The translations under genes and the position numbers were made by a program. From the human T2T-CHM13v2.0 reference genome, Homo sapiens, in NCBI RefSeq assembly GCF_009914755.1, contig NC_060944.1: a stretch of DNA of 64,000 nucleotides. The stretch is one strand, 5' to 3'. The notes beneath the pieces were generated by a model. That model ran no database searches. It was given only the letters and a program-made list of their open reading frames with translations, and was not told the DNA's origin. The stretch's first letter is position 1; every line of letters starts with the position of its first letter. This document shows positions 27,931 to 44,498 of the stretch, in pieces.

Positions 27931-28639
27931 CTGTAAGGTGGTGTGAGGTGGTATGTGTCAAGCATTTCTCTCTCAGTGTAAAGGGCCCTGGAATCTTTCT
28001 CTTTTCTGCAGTTTCTGTCCTGTCCTGGGCTCCCTGTACCCTGTCCACCTTCTGCACCTTCTCACTGGGAAGCCCATTCCCTACCCACAGTGCTGACCCT
28101 CAGAGTCCCTCCCTGCCATTCGCCTTGATGAAGGCACAAGGCCGGCACCTGCTGGCCCCTCCACCGATGCCTCAAGCCCACTGCCTGTCGTTACAGTCCT
28201 CAAATGTGTTTTTCTCCTGTTCTCATTAGCGCTGGGCGTCACCACCCACCGGGGCTGCAGCCAGGAGCCCGGACTCATCTCTGACTCTTCCAGTGCCTGC
28301 CGCCCACCACCCATCTGTCCCCATTTCCTGCCGACTGTCCTCCGGGGCCCCTTCCCTGGCCCACCACCTCCGCTCTCACCCTCCACTTCTTACTGAAACA
28401 CCTGTTACCTTCCTAAGTCCCCGTGTCCGTTAACGAAGCTGGTGACGACATGTTCCTCATGGAGTATCTCGAGGATTAGGCAAATACCGAAAAGCTGTTG
28501 CGGCAGGGCCAGGTTTGCAATCCGTAGCTGTAATTAAAGATTAAACGGGTAGCTGTGACTAAAGATTTTCTGAATGAATGAATGAGTGAACGACCCCATG
28601 GGTATGCCATTTTCTTTTCCTTATATTCCTCTCAGATTC

Positions 28640-31630
<2,991 letters not shown>

Positions 31631-32150
31631 ACAGGCATGGCTCAGGTCCTTTCAGGTTGGTTCCTTAACAGCTCTCACCTCTGTGCCCTCCACTCACCTC
31701 TCTGCCTCCCTGACTTGCTCTCTGAGCTCCCTTCCTCCTTGTCTCTTGGCTTCAGGGTTCTCACTCTGAGCCCGCACAAGTTTGGCCTCCCCTTTGTGAG
31801 TGCATCATCGTGTGTGTGTGTGTGTGTGTGAGTGTGTGAATGCACACCCATGTCTGTGCCTGTCTGTGTCACTGTGGGTCTTATTTCTGTTTCTCTCTCA
31901 CATAGTGGGCTTTGATATAACTTCTGGTTTGCCTCATTCATTCATTTGTTAATTTATTACTTTATTCAGTTATTCCATCTTTAAATATCTTGTGGTGGAT
32001 GCTATGCTAGACAGTGTAGATGTGTGATATGTGTGTGTGGACACATCTGTGAATCTCTCATATTCTGGACCCTTATCATGTGTTGTTCTCACTCGATATT
32101 AGCCAAAAGGCTGAGAAGCAATCAGGTTTTGTTCTCATCTCTGGATTATT

Positions 32151-32580
32151 CCATCCATCCATTCACACACCCACCCCCTATCCATCCACCCATCCTCCTC
32201 TCCACCCACCTACTCACTCACCTATCCATCCACCCATCCACTCATCCAACCACCCATCCATTCATTCACTTCCATTTATCCATCCATCCATCCACCCACT
32301 CACTCATCCACTCATCCATCAACCCATCCACTCATCCATTCACCCATCCATTCATTCACTCCTCCATTTATTCATCTGTCTCTCCACCCACTCATCCATC
32401 AACCCATCCATTCATTCACTTTCATGTATCCATCCATCCATCCATCCACCCACCCACTCACTCATCCATTCATCCATCCACCCACCCATCCACTCATCCA
32501 TTCACCCATCCATTCATCCACTCTTCCATTTATCCATCCATCTATCCATCAATCCATCCACCCGCCCATCCATCCATCTA
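32151..32580. repeat. (TCCA)/(CATC)-rich repeat
   Basis: Read directly. Related tracts at 38155-38600, 44724-44944, 48790-49070 and 52297-52800. Confidence 0.9.
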
Positions 32581-32784
32581 AAATATTCTGTGCCAGTCAG
32601 TGAGAGGTGAGTTTGTGCCTGTATCTGTAGGGTGCCTGTATCCATGTCCCTGCTGTGTGTCTGAGGGTCCCATCTCCCTTCCCTCAATGCCTGGGTTTTT
32701 ATCTCCTTCCAAAGCCACATTTTCCCTTTCTCTTTACAGAGAAGCCTTGTTGGGTTTTTGCTCTGAGTCTGCAAGCCATTCATG

Positions 32785-32822
<38 letters not shown>

Positions 32823-33721
32823 ATCTGTCAGTCTCTCACTTCTTTCCCCCTGGGACTTGGGATGGGCGGTTCCTGGTCTCTGGGTCACTGTCATTTACAC
32901 CTTTTCCATCTATTTGTTGATTCATCCACAAGAGGTTGATTAAACACCTGCTTCATGTCAGGACCTGGGCTGCTCCATTGTGTACGTGTGTGCATGTGTG
33001 AATGCATGCTGTCTGCCATCCCTGCCTTTGTCTCCTTCTCATCCTCTTCTTCCACCTGCCTTCACATCTTGGGGCCCCGGTGCATGTCCTGAGCTCCACC
33101 CTCCTCCTCTGCACCACCTTGCCCTGCCCTTGGTGCTGACGGCCCCAAGGGCCAGGTTGCCCTCATGCTCACAAGTTGGATACTCAAAGCCAATCCTCAG
33201 CTGTCTTTGGTATCACAAACTCAGTGGATGACAAACTCACCACATCATTTCCGCACCCCTGATGTGTTTCTCTCCCTGTTCTCGTTAGCGCTGAGTGTCA
33301 TTGCCTGCCTGGGTCCACAGCCAGGAGCCCCAAGTCATCTATGAGTCCTCACTCTCCTGCCGCCCACAGCCCATCTGTTCTTCCTGTATAATCTTTCCCC
33401 AAAAGCTGCTCAGCACCCCCCAACCCCCACCATCTTATCAGCCCCTGCCACAGCCCTGGCCTAGAAAATTGAAGCCTGGACCACTGTACCCATCCATCCA
33501 TCCATCTGTCCATCCACTCATCACCCACCCATCCATTAATAGACTTGCACTGAGTACACACTGGGTCCCTGCTGAGCACACAGGCCCCAAAGGCAGGAGC
33601 TCAGAGTCCAGAGGGGTGACAGAATAGTTGTCACTGCCCTTCAAGATGGGTGATGGAGACTTCCCAAGGCTTTATGTCCCTTTTGTCATCACACAGTGTG
33701 TTTGGGGGAGTGATCTCTCTC

Positions 33722-34012
33722 TTTTTTTTTCAGACAGGGTCTGGCTCTGTCACCCAGGCTTGAGTGCAGTGGCATAATCACGGCTCACTGGAACCTCTGC
33801 CTCCCCAGCTCAAGCAGTCCTCCTACCTAAGCCTCCCGAGTAGCTAGGACTACAGGCACATGAACCAATGCCCTGCCAATTTTTGTATTTTTGGTAGAGA
33901 CGGGGTTTCGCCATGTTGCCCAGGCTGGTCTTGAACCCCTGAGCTCAAGCAATCCTCCCACCTCGGCCTCCCAAAGTGCTAGGATTACAGGCGTGAGCCA
34001 CTGCACCTAGCC
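33722..34012 (-). mobile_element. Alu (AluJ-like)
   Basis: Reverse-complement Alu dimer. Confidence 0.92.
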
Positions 34013-34904
34013 GGCATCTGTCTTACTTATCACTTTTTCATACCTCCTTCCTCCATCCAACCCTCCACCAGGGCTGTGTCCTCCCGCTTTGGCCCAGGTC
34101 CTTCCATGATTAGTGTGCCTGCACCATGCTGTCCCTGACCAGGGCTGCAGAGATGCGCTTCACGCAGACGGTGCTCATGTACGTCCACCCAGCAGGGGCT
34201 GGATCTGTTCTGCTCTGTGCCGTAATTTGGTCATTCAGCACTGTCTGGCATGCAGTAGGCGCTCTGTCAATTCTTGTGGGTTACAGGCATGGCTCAGGTC
34301 CTTTCAGGTTGGTTCCTTAATAGCTCTCACCTCTGTGCCCTCCACTCACCTCTCTGCCTCCCTGACTTGCCCTCTGAGCTCCCTTCTTCCTTGTCTCTTG
34401 GCTTCAGGGTTCTCTCTCTGAGCCCACACAGGTTTGGCCTCCCCTTTGTGAGTGCATCATCGTGTGTGTGTGTGTGTGTGTGTGAATGCACACCCATGTC
34501 TGTGCCTGTGTCACTGTGGGTCATATTTCTGTTTCTCTCTCACATAGTGGGCTTTGATATAACTTCTGGTTTGCCTCATTCATTTATTCATTTGTTAATT
34601 TATTACTTTATTCAGTTATTCCATTTTAAAATATTTTGTGGTAGATGCTATACTAGACAAATCCACTCAGATGCTCAGCAACACCACAGACTTGCCAAGA
34701 TAGCATCAAACCCCTTAACATCCCCACTCCCCTTCCTTGTTCCCACCCCCATCTCTGAGACCAAAAACCCAGACACCTTCTCTTCCTCCTTGGATGGGGA
34801 AGAGATATCCATCTTCAATTTGACTCTAATTTCTTGCCAATTCTTCCTCTAACATCTCTCCCCTGTCTTCCCCTTTGGTCCTCTCCATCCTCATGGCCAG
34901 TATT

Positions 34905-34918
34905 GTTGCCCTGGCAAC
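34905..34918. promoter_or_regulatory. RFX X-box-like palindrome GTTGCCCTGGCAAC
   Basis: One mismatch to the canonical X-box palindrome GTTGCCATGGCAAC. Confidence 0.55.
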
Positions 34919-35504
34919 GGCCATTCTCCCTTCTCTCCTGGCTGCTCTCAGCTGGGGAGCATGCCCACTTCTCTCTAACCTGTAGAGAAACTCTCATCTT
35001 GATCTGTCTCCCTTCTGTCCCCTCTCTCCTTCCATCATCAGAAGAGCTGGGGAGGGAGCCATTGGCTTCAGTGTTGCCACCCCTGCTTCCTCTGTGCCAG
35101 CCAAGGTGCTCAGGCAGGGCCCTCTACCCACCTCCTGTGTGCCAGATCTTCAGTCTCTTGTCCTTTGCACGTTCATCTGCCCAATGTGAGAGGTCCCTGT
35201 GGGTGTCTTATGGGCTCCTCCTCACCATTGGCTACAATGACCTCTTTTCCTTCCCTTCCCAAACCCATCTTTCAAGAATAACACACTGTATGTCCCCTTT
35301 GATGAAGCCTCTGCTGGCTTCTTCCCCCCAGGACCCCCATCATCTCCCAAGAGCTCCCCCAAGGAACAGCCAGGCATGCCTTGGTTTGGGCACTTTTCTC
35401 CCCTACGAGACTGTGAACCTTGATGTCAGGGTCTTCTGTGGATGTCAGCACAGAGGAAGGCTAGGGATGTGTGTGGCTGGGTGGGGAAGGGGATGGACAG
35501 ATAG

Positions 35505-35912
<408 letters not shown>

Positions 35913-36094
35913 TAACCAAAATTATTTTGCTTTCCAATCTCATCAGTGATATGCAAATACATTTTCTTCTTAAAAGATTAAAACATTACATATGAGACTA
36001 AAGTCTCTTCCACTGTACCCACCACCCTACCTCCTGGTCCCCAGTCCTCTCTTTCCTAAGAGGAAACTAAGTTATCAAATTAGTGGGAAAAAAT

Positions 36095-36150
<56 letters not shown>

Positions 36151-36164
36151 ACAGCCCAAAACAA

Positions 36165-36480
36165 AGCCAATGATGATACTGCTTTCCCTTAAGATCAGGA
36201 ACAAGGCAAGGGCACCTGCTTTTAGTCTTTCTATTTAACATGATATTGGCAGTCCTAGCCAGTGCAATAAGACAATAAAAAGAAATAAAAGAAGATATAG
36301 CCTGGAAAGGAAGAACTAAAACTGTCTCCATTAGCAGATGACATTACTATCTATATAGAAACTTCCAAAGAATCTACAACCCCCCACCCAGAACTAGAAA
36401 GTGAGTTTAGCAAGGTTGCACAATAAAAGGCCAATGTAAAAATGGCCAATATAAAAAAAAGTCAATGAACAGTTGGAAAT
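36165..36480 (+). mobile_element. L1 ORF2 reverse-transcriptase fragment (degenerate), next to (TC)n at 36098-36145
   Basis: gctttcccttaagatcaggaacaaggcaaggg...ccattagcagatgacatt (L-A-D-D, the remnant of the FADD catalytic motif)...gagtttagcaaggttgca. Confidence 0.8.
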
Positions 36481-39400
36481 GGAAGCATATATATTCCTCT
36501 AGAAAATGCAGAATACTGTTTGGTGTTTTTTAAAGAAATGGCCTCATACTGTATACATTATTCTCCAGGGGCTTTTACCTCCAGCAGCCCCCATAGGGCC
36601 CTCTTCCCCCTTTAGAACAGAGAGTTGCACTACATTCTTTTCCTCTGCTGCATAGGATTCTGGAAAAGGGAGGCACTGGGGTTTATGTAGACATTTCCCC
36701 AGGGAAGGACACTTTGGTTGTGTCTACCTTTTCACCATTACAGACGAGGCTGCAGTGAACACACACGTCTCCTTCTGGCTCCCTCTTTTAGGTTCCAGGG
36801 CACTCCAAACCTTGTCTGGGCATTCATCTGTCTCTTGGGGTCTCCAAGTGCTCTGTCACTCCCCTTCTTGGCCTCATTTGCCCTTTGTTTCTCCCTCATC
36901 TTTCCCAGTTCCCCTTGGACTTGGCCCTAGTTCTTGAGTATGTGTGTGGGGAGTGTGTGCGTTGTCTGTTCCCCATTCTGTTTATGTAACAGTAACAGGT
37001 CCCATCAGGAAAGTGATATCACAACCAAATTAGGATAATTTCAGGTGACTCCTCTCTGGGGCCTTTCTCAGGTTTTTGTTCTCACCCTCTGGGCTACCCC
37101 ACCCATCCTCCCACCCACCGTGTACCCATTCAGAAAAACGCACTGAGCCTGTTCCAGGAACTGGTGTTCAAGCTTGGCCATGTGTGTGTCAGGGTGTCTG
37201 TGTGCATGCATGTGCCTGGGTCTCACCTGCCTGCCTGGCCATCTCCCTGAAGACCCCACCTCGCTCTACTTCCCATGCTCTAATTTTTTGAATGTACACA
37301 TCATCTTGCTCATCCAGCTTCTGTCTTGGTCTCCTGGCTCAGTGTGTTTTTTTCCCACTCTCTCAAGAAGTGTTATTTAATTTTGCTCTGAGTTGGTGCA
37401 TCCTTCCTGCTGTGTGTGTGTTTGTATGTGTGTGCACACACACATGCGTGCGCACAGCTTCCCCCTAGCTCCCTCTCTTTTTCTCAAGCTCATAAAGTTT
37501 CCCACTTTCTCCAGGTCTTGCTGTGTGTGCATGCACATGTGTACATATGTTGGTCTTCATTGGATTCCATCCTCTCTGTTTTTCTCAGTGATTCTTCATC
37601 CATCTGCTAGTCCATACATCCAACACACCATACTTGTTGAGCCAGGACCAGGGTCTGCCTGTTTGTCCTGTCTCTTTCTTTCCTTCCTGACTCCTCCTGC
37701 TTTACCTACCCTCACATCTTGGGGCCCCAGGTTCCTGTCCTGGATCATTCCCTCCCCAGCTTTTCACCAGCTCCCTGAGGTTCACAGAGTCATTCTTTGC
37801 ATTGACACTCCAGCATCCCCTGCAGCCCAGACCCTACTTGTTCTCTCCTCATCCTGCCAGTGAATCGTGGCTCACACAGACTGGGCTCTTTCACTCAAGC
37901 CCAGCACATCCTGTCCCCATCCTCCAAATGCGTTTCTCACTCAGTTCTCATTGGCACTGAGCTTCACCACCACCTGGGGTTTCACAGCCAGGAGCACGAG
38001 TCATCTCTGATTCCACTCCCTCCTGCTGCCCACTACCCATCTGTCCTCTTTTCCTTTCAAGTCTCTCTCCAAGGGGTGGCTAAGCAGCCCCCTCCCCACT
38101 CCGATCACTTCAGCCCCTGACATAGCCCAGTTGTCAGGTTTATGATGCCAGGAGCATCCATCCATCTATCCCTCCATTATCCATTCATCCCCCATCATCC
38201 ATCCATGTCCCCATCATCCATCCATCCCCATCCATCCATCCCCCATCATCCATCCCCCATTATCCATCCATCCTCTACCATCCATCCATCCCCCATTATC
38301 CATCCATCCCCATCATCCATTCACCCCCCCATCATCCATCCATGTCCCCATCATCCATCCATCCCCCATCATCCATCCATCCGTCATCCATCCACCCCCC
38401 CATCATGCATCTCCCCTATTACCCATCCATCCCCCATCATCCATCCATCTGTCATCCATCCACCCCCCATCATGCATCTCCCCCATTACCCATCCATCCC
38501 CCATCATCCATCCTCCCATTATTCATCCCCCCATCTTCTGTCCACCCATCATCCATTCCCCCATTACCTATCCCCTCATCGTCCATCCTTTCATCCATCC
38601 ATTAACAGACTTGCACTGAGCACCCACTGGGTATTCGCTGGGGTCACAGGCCACAAAGCCTTAGGCCATGGCCTGTGGGAGCTCAGAGTCCAGGGAGAAT
38701 ACAGAGCAGTTATGCCTGCACTAAAAGATGGCTGATGGAGGCTTCCTAAGACTTTATGTCACGCTGCAAATCACAGTGTGTGTGCATGTGCACATGTGTG
38801 CGTGTGTGCATATGTGTATACATATGAGTGTGCACCTGCGTGTGCATGTGTGTGTGCGCATGTGTGTATGTGTGTGGGTGCATGTGTGCATGGGTGGGGT
38901 CACTCCTGGCTACTTCTCCAGCCCCTTTGCCTCCTCCTTGCTCTAGCGCAGATGCCTCTGCAGCTGCGCCTCCCTCTTCTGCTTCTCTCCCTCCCTGAGA
39001 TCTCCCTGCTTGTCCACTCCTGGGAATTCAAAGGCCCTGCAACAAACTGCCTCACCTCAGTGTCCCCCCATCACGGCTCTTCAGCTCAAGCCCCAGACAT
39101 CACATGTTCACTATTCTCTCCCCTGCTCTGTTCACTGGTTCCACCAGCTTCACAGACTCCCTGAGCCAGGATCAAACTCTCCATCCTCCTACCCCCACCC
39201 CCACTCCCAGACCCAGCTGTCTGGCCACCCCTCCCCTCTCCCTGCCCTACCTCTAATGTGCCCCAGGTCTTCACAATCTTTTCCGCAAAATCTCACTCCC
39301 ACCCCCACCTGACGCTCTCTCTTCCCCATGGCCCTCTCAGCAGGTAGATGAGGTGGTGGAGGTGGGGGTGAGACTGTGCGCCCTCATAGGCTCCCTCCTG

Positions 39401-41848
39401 TTTGGCCACAGATGAGCTGGGGAGGGAGTATTAGGCCTGGAGGTTTCTCTGCCTTCCCCTCTGCAACTGAGGACCCCTGCCCTAAGCCCCTCATAGTGCC
39501 CCGCAAGTCTGCCTACCTGCTCCTTGACAAACCTGCAGCCTATCCATTCTTCGCTCCCCTGCCCCATGGAGGCCAGTGCTGGCTTCTGGACAGCAGCCTC
39601 TCCCTGGGCCCCAGACACGGAGGCCAGACTTTCCCGCACCTCTCAGTTGGGCCTCCTCCATTCCTTTGAAGGGTTTCTCCTGCCAGCTGCGTGGGACTCC
39701 GGTGCTCCAGGGCCCTGCCCTGCCTGCTCCCCAGCACTTTCCTGCCCTTCCAAGGCTGACCCTGGCCAGGCTCCACTCTGGCCCTCTCTGCAGAGCCCAG
39801 ATGTCATCAGCCTGACGGGGAGGCTCCATGTGGAGTGGCCACCAGGTTCCATCCCCTTCTCCCACGCCCCACCATTGTAGAGAAGAAGGCCTGGGCCCTT
39901 GTCCTCCCCAGAGGGCCCTTGTCCTCCCCAGAGAAGCTCCCGCTGAGCCTTCCCTTGGGCCCTCCTGGATGCAGGGAGCACTCCCCTGGGAGCACTCAGC
40001 ACCAGGCTTGTGGTCGTCCTTGTCCCCGCCAGGCCACGGGCTCTGTGGGGCCTGGGTGTGACCTCTCTCAGGGTCTTGGCACTGAGGGAAGTGTGGAGAT
40101 GAGGACAGACGGGGCATCTGCGAGCTCTGCTCTTCTACCCTCTTACTCTTTCTCCCCTTGTTGCTTCCCATCTCCTTTTGGAAAATCATTTTTTAACTCC
40201 ACACATGCTATAAAGACCCACTGTATTTGTAAAAAACTGAAGCCTTCCATGTAGGACTGAGGTGCCCTTTGACCCCTGCTCCTCTCTTCATTCAGGCCCC
40301 AACAGGAAACAGATGTCTCCCTCCAATCTAGGAAGCCTCAGGAGGGTCTGTTTACAAAGGTGCTGAGGGAGGGGGTGCAGGAGCCAGGAGAGCAGCAAAC
40401 TTGTGATTTCCAGTGAATCCAAAGGAACCAGGGAGGAGAAGTTTCCAGAAGGCAGCTGAGAGGGCAGCTGAGAGCAGAGGGCACAGCAGCCTGAGCTCTG
40501 GGGGAGCAGACATGCTGATCTCCCTCCCTCTTCCCTCCACTCTCCTGCTGGGGGTCCCCAGTGGCCAGGTCCAGCGCGAAGCTGTAGGCCCAAGGCTCAT
40601 CCACGGGGCTCAGCCTCCCCAGCCCAGAGCAGGGAGGAGGAGCGGGGCCGGTGGGGCGGGAAGGGCAGGTGTGGGAGTCATTGGGCATCTGCGTCGCCCT
40701 GGGGGCTTTCCCCCCTGAGGCCTTTCTCAGGCTTGGTTGCCCTCTCTGTGCTGCGGCGTTCACCACCCACCTAACAAAAGCATGTGAGCGCCTCCTGGGA
40801 GCCGGCGGGTGGGCTGCGCGCCTGCTCCTCCGCCTGTCTGCCTCCCCAGGCTTCTGCTCCCCTTCCTTGACTTTTCAAACTTTTCTCTGATGCACCACCC
40901 CCTCTCTCGGTGCCTCTGTCTCCTGCTCCCTCAGCCTCGCTCCTCCAACTCTCCAGGGGAGCTTGTTGAATTGGGCTGTTTGTGCATCATTCCTGCAGTG
41001 TGCGCATGAGTGTATACACAAGGTCAAGGTTGGTTCCCACCTTTCCCGTCCTGCTTCATCTGTCTGTGTCTGCCCACCCATCTATCCAGTAGTCATTCAA
41101 CAAACGTGAATTGAACATCTGTGTGTGCGCTGCTGAGGGTGAAGAGCCCGGAGTCCCACCCAGGCTGTGTCCTGAAGAAACTTGGAGTCCAGGGCAGACA
41201 CACCGGTTGTTATATCACAAGAAGACTGGGTTGGGTCACCGAGCATCACACTCAGGGTGTGTGTGTAATGTGTGTGTGCATGTGGGTGTGTGTTGTGTGT
41301 ATTGTGTTATGTGTGTTGTGTGTGTGTGTTGTGCGTGTACATGTGCATGTGTGTGTTATATGTGTGTTGTGTTGTGTGTTGTGTGTATGTGTGCGTGTGG
41401 TGTCTTTCTGCATTGCCCACTTCTCCACACCCGTTCCTCCCTCACCCCTCCAGCGTCAGCCAGCCCTGGGCTGTGTTCTCTTCCATCTGCGCCCCTCCAC
41501 GCATACCCCCTCCCCGGGCCAGGCCGCCCACCTGTGGGGCTTCTGAGATTCCCTCTGCTTGCCTCTGTGTCCACCCGGGCCCCCCTACGTACACCCCAGG
41601 CCTACGCATCTAAACATCTTCTTACCCGCCCCCACCTCCTGGACGTCCCACCGGCATCACAAACTCTCTAAGCCCAGGGAGAAATCCTTGACTTCCCAAT
41701 CCTTCCCCTGTGCTCCCCTTCACCATCCCTGGGCACTCGAGTCCAGGCGCCCTTCCCCTCTACTGCCCCCACCTTTCAGGTTTGCCTCCTCTAAGCCACA
41801 CTCCCACCCCGTCTTCCCTTCACTCCTCTCCATTACCCCATTCGTGTG

Positions 41849-41862
41849 GTTGCCCTGGCAAC
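41849..41862. promoter_or_regulatory. RFX X-box-like palindrome GTTGCCCTGGCAAC
   Basis: Identical 14-mer to 34905-34918, at the equivalent position in another array unit. Confidence 0.55.
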
Positions 41863-42740
41863 GCCATGTTCCCCTCTCCTGGGTTTTTCAGAGGCAAACT
41901 TGTTCACTTCCCTCCGCTGACTTTTCGTTCCCATCTCCCTCTCATCTGCTCTCTCCTCCGTCCACAGAGGAGTTTGAGATGGAACTTCAGGCTCTTTCCC
42001 CTCTTCCCTCCCGGGCCCTCTGTGACCACCACCTGCCCCGACCTTGAGCCCACCACGGGGTTCACCTGGGGCCTCCACTGACCTGTTTGCCAAATGGAAT
42101 AGGATCTTTTATCTCCTCCTCTCCCCTCGTTCATGAGGGGTCCTGGTCAAGGTGCCAGGACCAGGATCCCTCTCCTCCCTAAGCTCCTGGGACAGTGAGG
42201 GTCTGTCCTGCCACCTCTGCTGTTTGCTTTGGTGGAATCCTCTTGCTCTGTGATCTGCTGCGTCGTAGCGCTCCCCAGGCCAGGCCCTGCCTTCCCCAAC
42301 CTGCTGCACAAACTCTTCTGTGGGTCGGTTCCATCCCTCTCAGGCCATAGGGTCCATTCACACCTTGACTGTGTCTGTGGCCAACTCTTCCTGCTGAGCT
42401 GGGACCCCCACATCCATTGCCCTGAGGGGCTGTTCCCCTGGCCACGGCCTCGACAGGGCTCCTTCCTGTGTCCTCCCCACAGAGAGCCCTGCTGAACCTT
42501 CCCCTGGAGAAGCTCCCCTGCCCCCCAAGGGCACTGGGACCCTCAGGAACGGCTAGGTTTGGACATCTTTCTTTGAGCTTCTTAAGAAGAGTCTGCATGT
42601 CTGGTGCTCAGCATGGAGGAGAGGCTGGCTGGAGGGGAGGACAGACAGACAGATGGATGAAAGTTGTGTCTTTCTAGAGGATCTCTTCTCTTCCTTTAAC
42701 TCTCTTGTTCTCTTTCTCTTTCAAAAAATTAATGCTTATT

Positions 42741-42936
42741 GTGAAACCTCGTCTCTACAAAAAAAATCAGAAAATTTGCTGGGTGTGGTGGTATATGTGC
42801 CTATAGTCCCAGCTACCAGGGAGGCTGAGGCAGGAGGATCACCAGAGCCCAGGAGTTTGACGAGGCTGCAGTGAGCTGTGATCTCACCACTGCACTCCAG
42901 CCTGGGTGACAGAGCAAGAGCCTGTCTTGAAAAAAA
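42741..42936 (+). mobile_element. Partial Alu (linker plus right arm)
   Basis: gtgaaacctcgtctctac...gcactccagcctgggtgacagagcaagagcctgtc followed by an A-tail. Confidence 0.85.
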
Positions 42937-43624
42937 TATGAATATTTAATTACTTAAGTGACACATGACCACATCATCTTTGCATAAATAGTAAAGTATT
43001 ACAAATAAGATTAAAGGTCTCCTTTGACACTCACTCATCCCATCCTGTTCTCTAGCCATTTCCTCTGGGGAAAACCAGTTCTTACTTTAGCAGGAATCAT
43101 TCTATACTACATACATATTTTTAAACATAAAAATGTATATTTTTCCCCTATAGAATCTGATTTTTTTGGTAGGTTTTGGCTTAGGGCATTTTTTCCTCAT
43201 AGAAATTGCATTGAGCTATGAATATTGCTCTTCAGTGGGACTTTGACTTGACATATTTTGGGGATCTCCTTCCATCTCAATATATAAAGCTGTCCATCTG
43301 CCTTTTTGTCAGCTGCATAGTATTCCAGCAGGCAGAGCTGTCATGGTTTATTGGCCATTCTTCTGGTGATGGGCATTTAGATGGTTTCTACTCTTTTGTA
43401 ATTAAAATGAGGTTGCCGCGAACACCTGTGTCCCTGCTTCCCCTTCCCATTAGTGCGTTCTCCCTTCCGCCTCCTGGGGCCCTGGGTTACTCTTTCTGTC
43501 TCCTTTTCTTTCTTGTTCCCTCTCAGCTTCTCATCCCTCCCTGTTCTTTCTAGATGTTGCTGTCACTTTATGTGTCCCAGCATGGGGTGTGTGTGTTTGT
43601 GTTGTCTATTTTTTTCACTGTGGG

Positions 43625-44070
43625 TTTGTGTTAGTCAGGGTCCTAACAGGAAAGGGATGGAACACTTAAATTTAGGAAAATCTGAGGCGAGTTTGTTTAC
43701 AAAGGTGCTGTATTGCAGGATGTGGGATTTTGCAGAAACCTAGAGCTAATAGTTGTGAGGCTGTGACCACCCCCTACTCCCTAAGGGGTGAAGGGTGGAA
43801 GTAATGAGTGACCAGGCCCTGGAGGCAAACTGTCACCTAGAGGGGCTGCCTTGCTGGGAGCTGAGACCTCTAGGAGAGGGACCACCCAGACTGAGGTGAC
43901 CCGGGGGGATAAGCATCCTTATCTCATTCTCCTCCCCCATCATCTCCTGCTGGCCATCTCACTGGCCAAGCCCAGCTGGAAGCCAGAGGGAAGAGCACCT
44001 CCCTGAAGGGTGTCATCAGCCTCCTAGAGCAAAGGAGAAGGGTGAAAGGGACAGGGGAAGTAGAGGGCAT
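43625..44070. mobile_element. Old MaLR (MLT1-type) LTR; paralogous remnants at ~36985-37050 and ~40290-40640
   Basis: tgtgttagtcagggtcctaacaggaagggatggaacacttaaatttagg...gtttacaaagg resembles the terminus of old MLT1 LTRs. Confidence 0.55.
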
Positions 44071-44443
44071 CTAGAACTTTCTCTCTCCAAGCCCTTTATC
44101 AGGTTTTGTTTCCAGTCTCTGGGTTACTTCATCCACCCATCATTCCCATCCACACATCCATCCAGCCAATGTGCATGGATCCCCTCCCAGGTGCCATGTG
44201 CGGAGTGGCATACCTTTTGGAGGGTTTGGCTCCCCTGTGAGCCCATGCTGGGCCTCTGCCTGCCACCCCCACTGCCTGCTGGCATGGCTCACGCCCCCTC
44301 TTGTTTTCAACTTTCTTATTGACGTCTACTCCCCCTTCTCTTCCTGTATCTGACTTTGTCTTGCTCATCTCTGCTCTTTCCCTCTCTCTAGAGGAGAGTT
44401 ATTGAATTTTGCTCTGAGGCTGTGCGTCATTCTTGCAGTGTAT

Positions 44444-44498
<55 letters not shown>

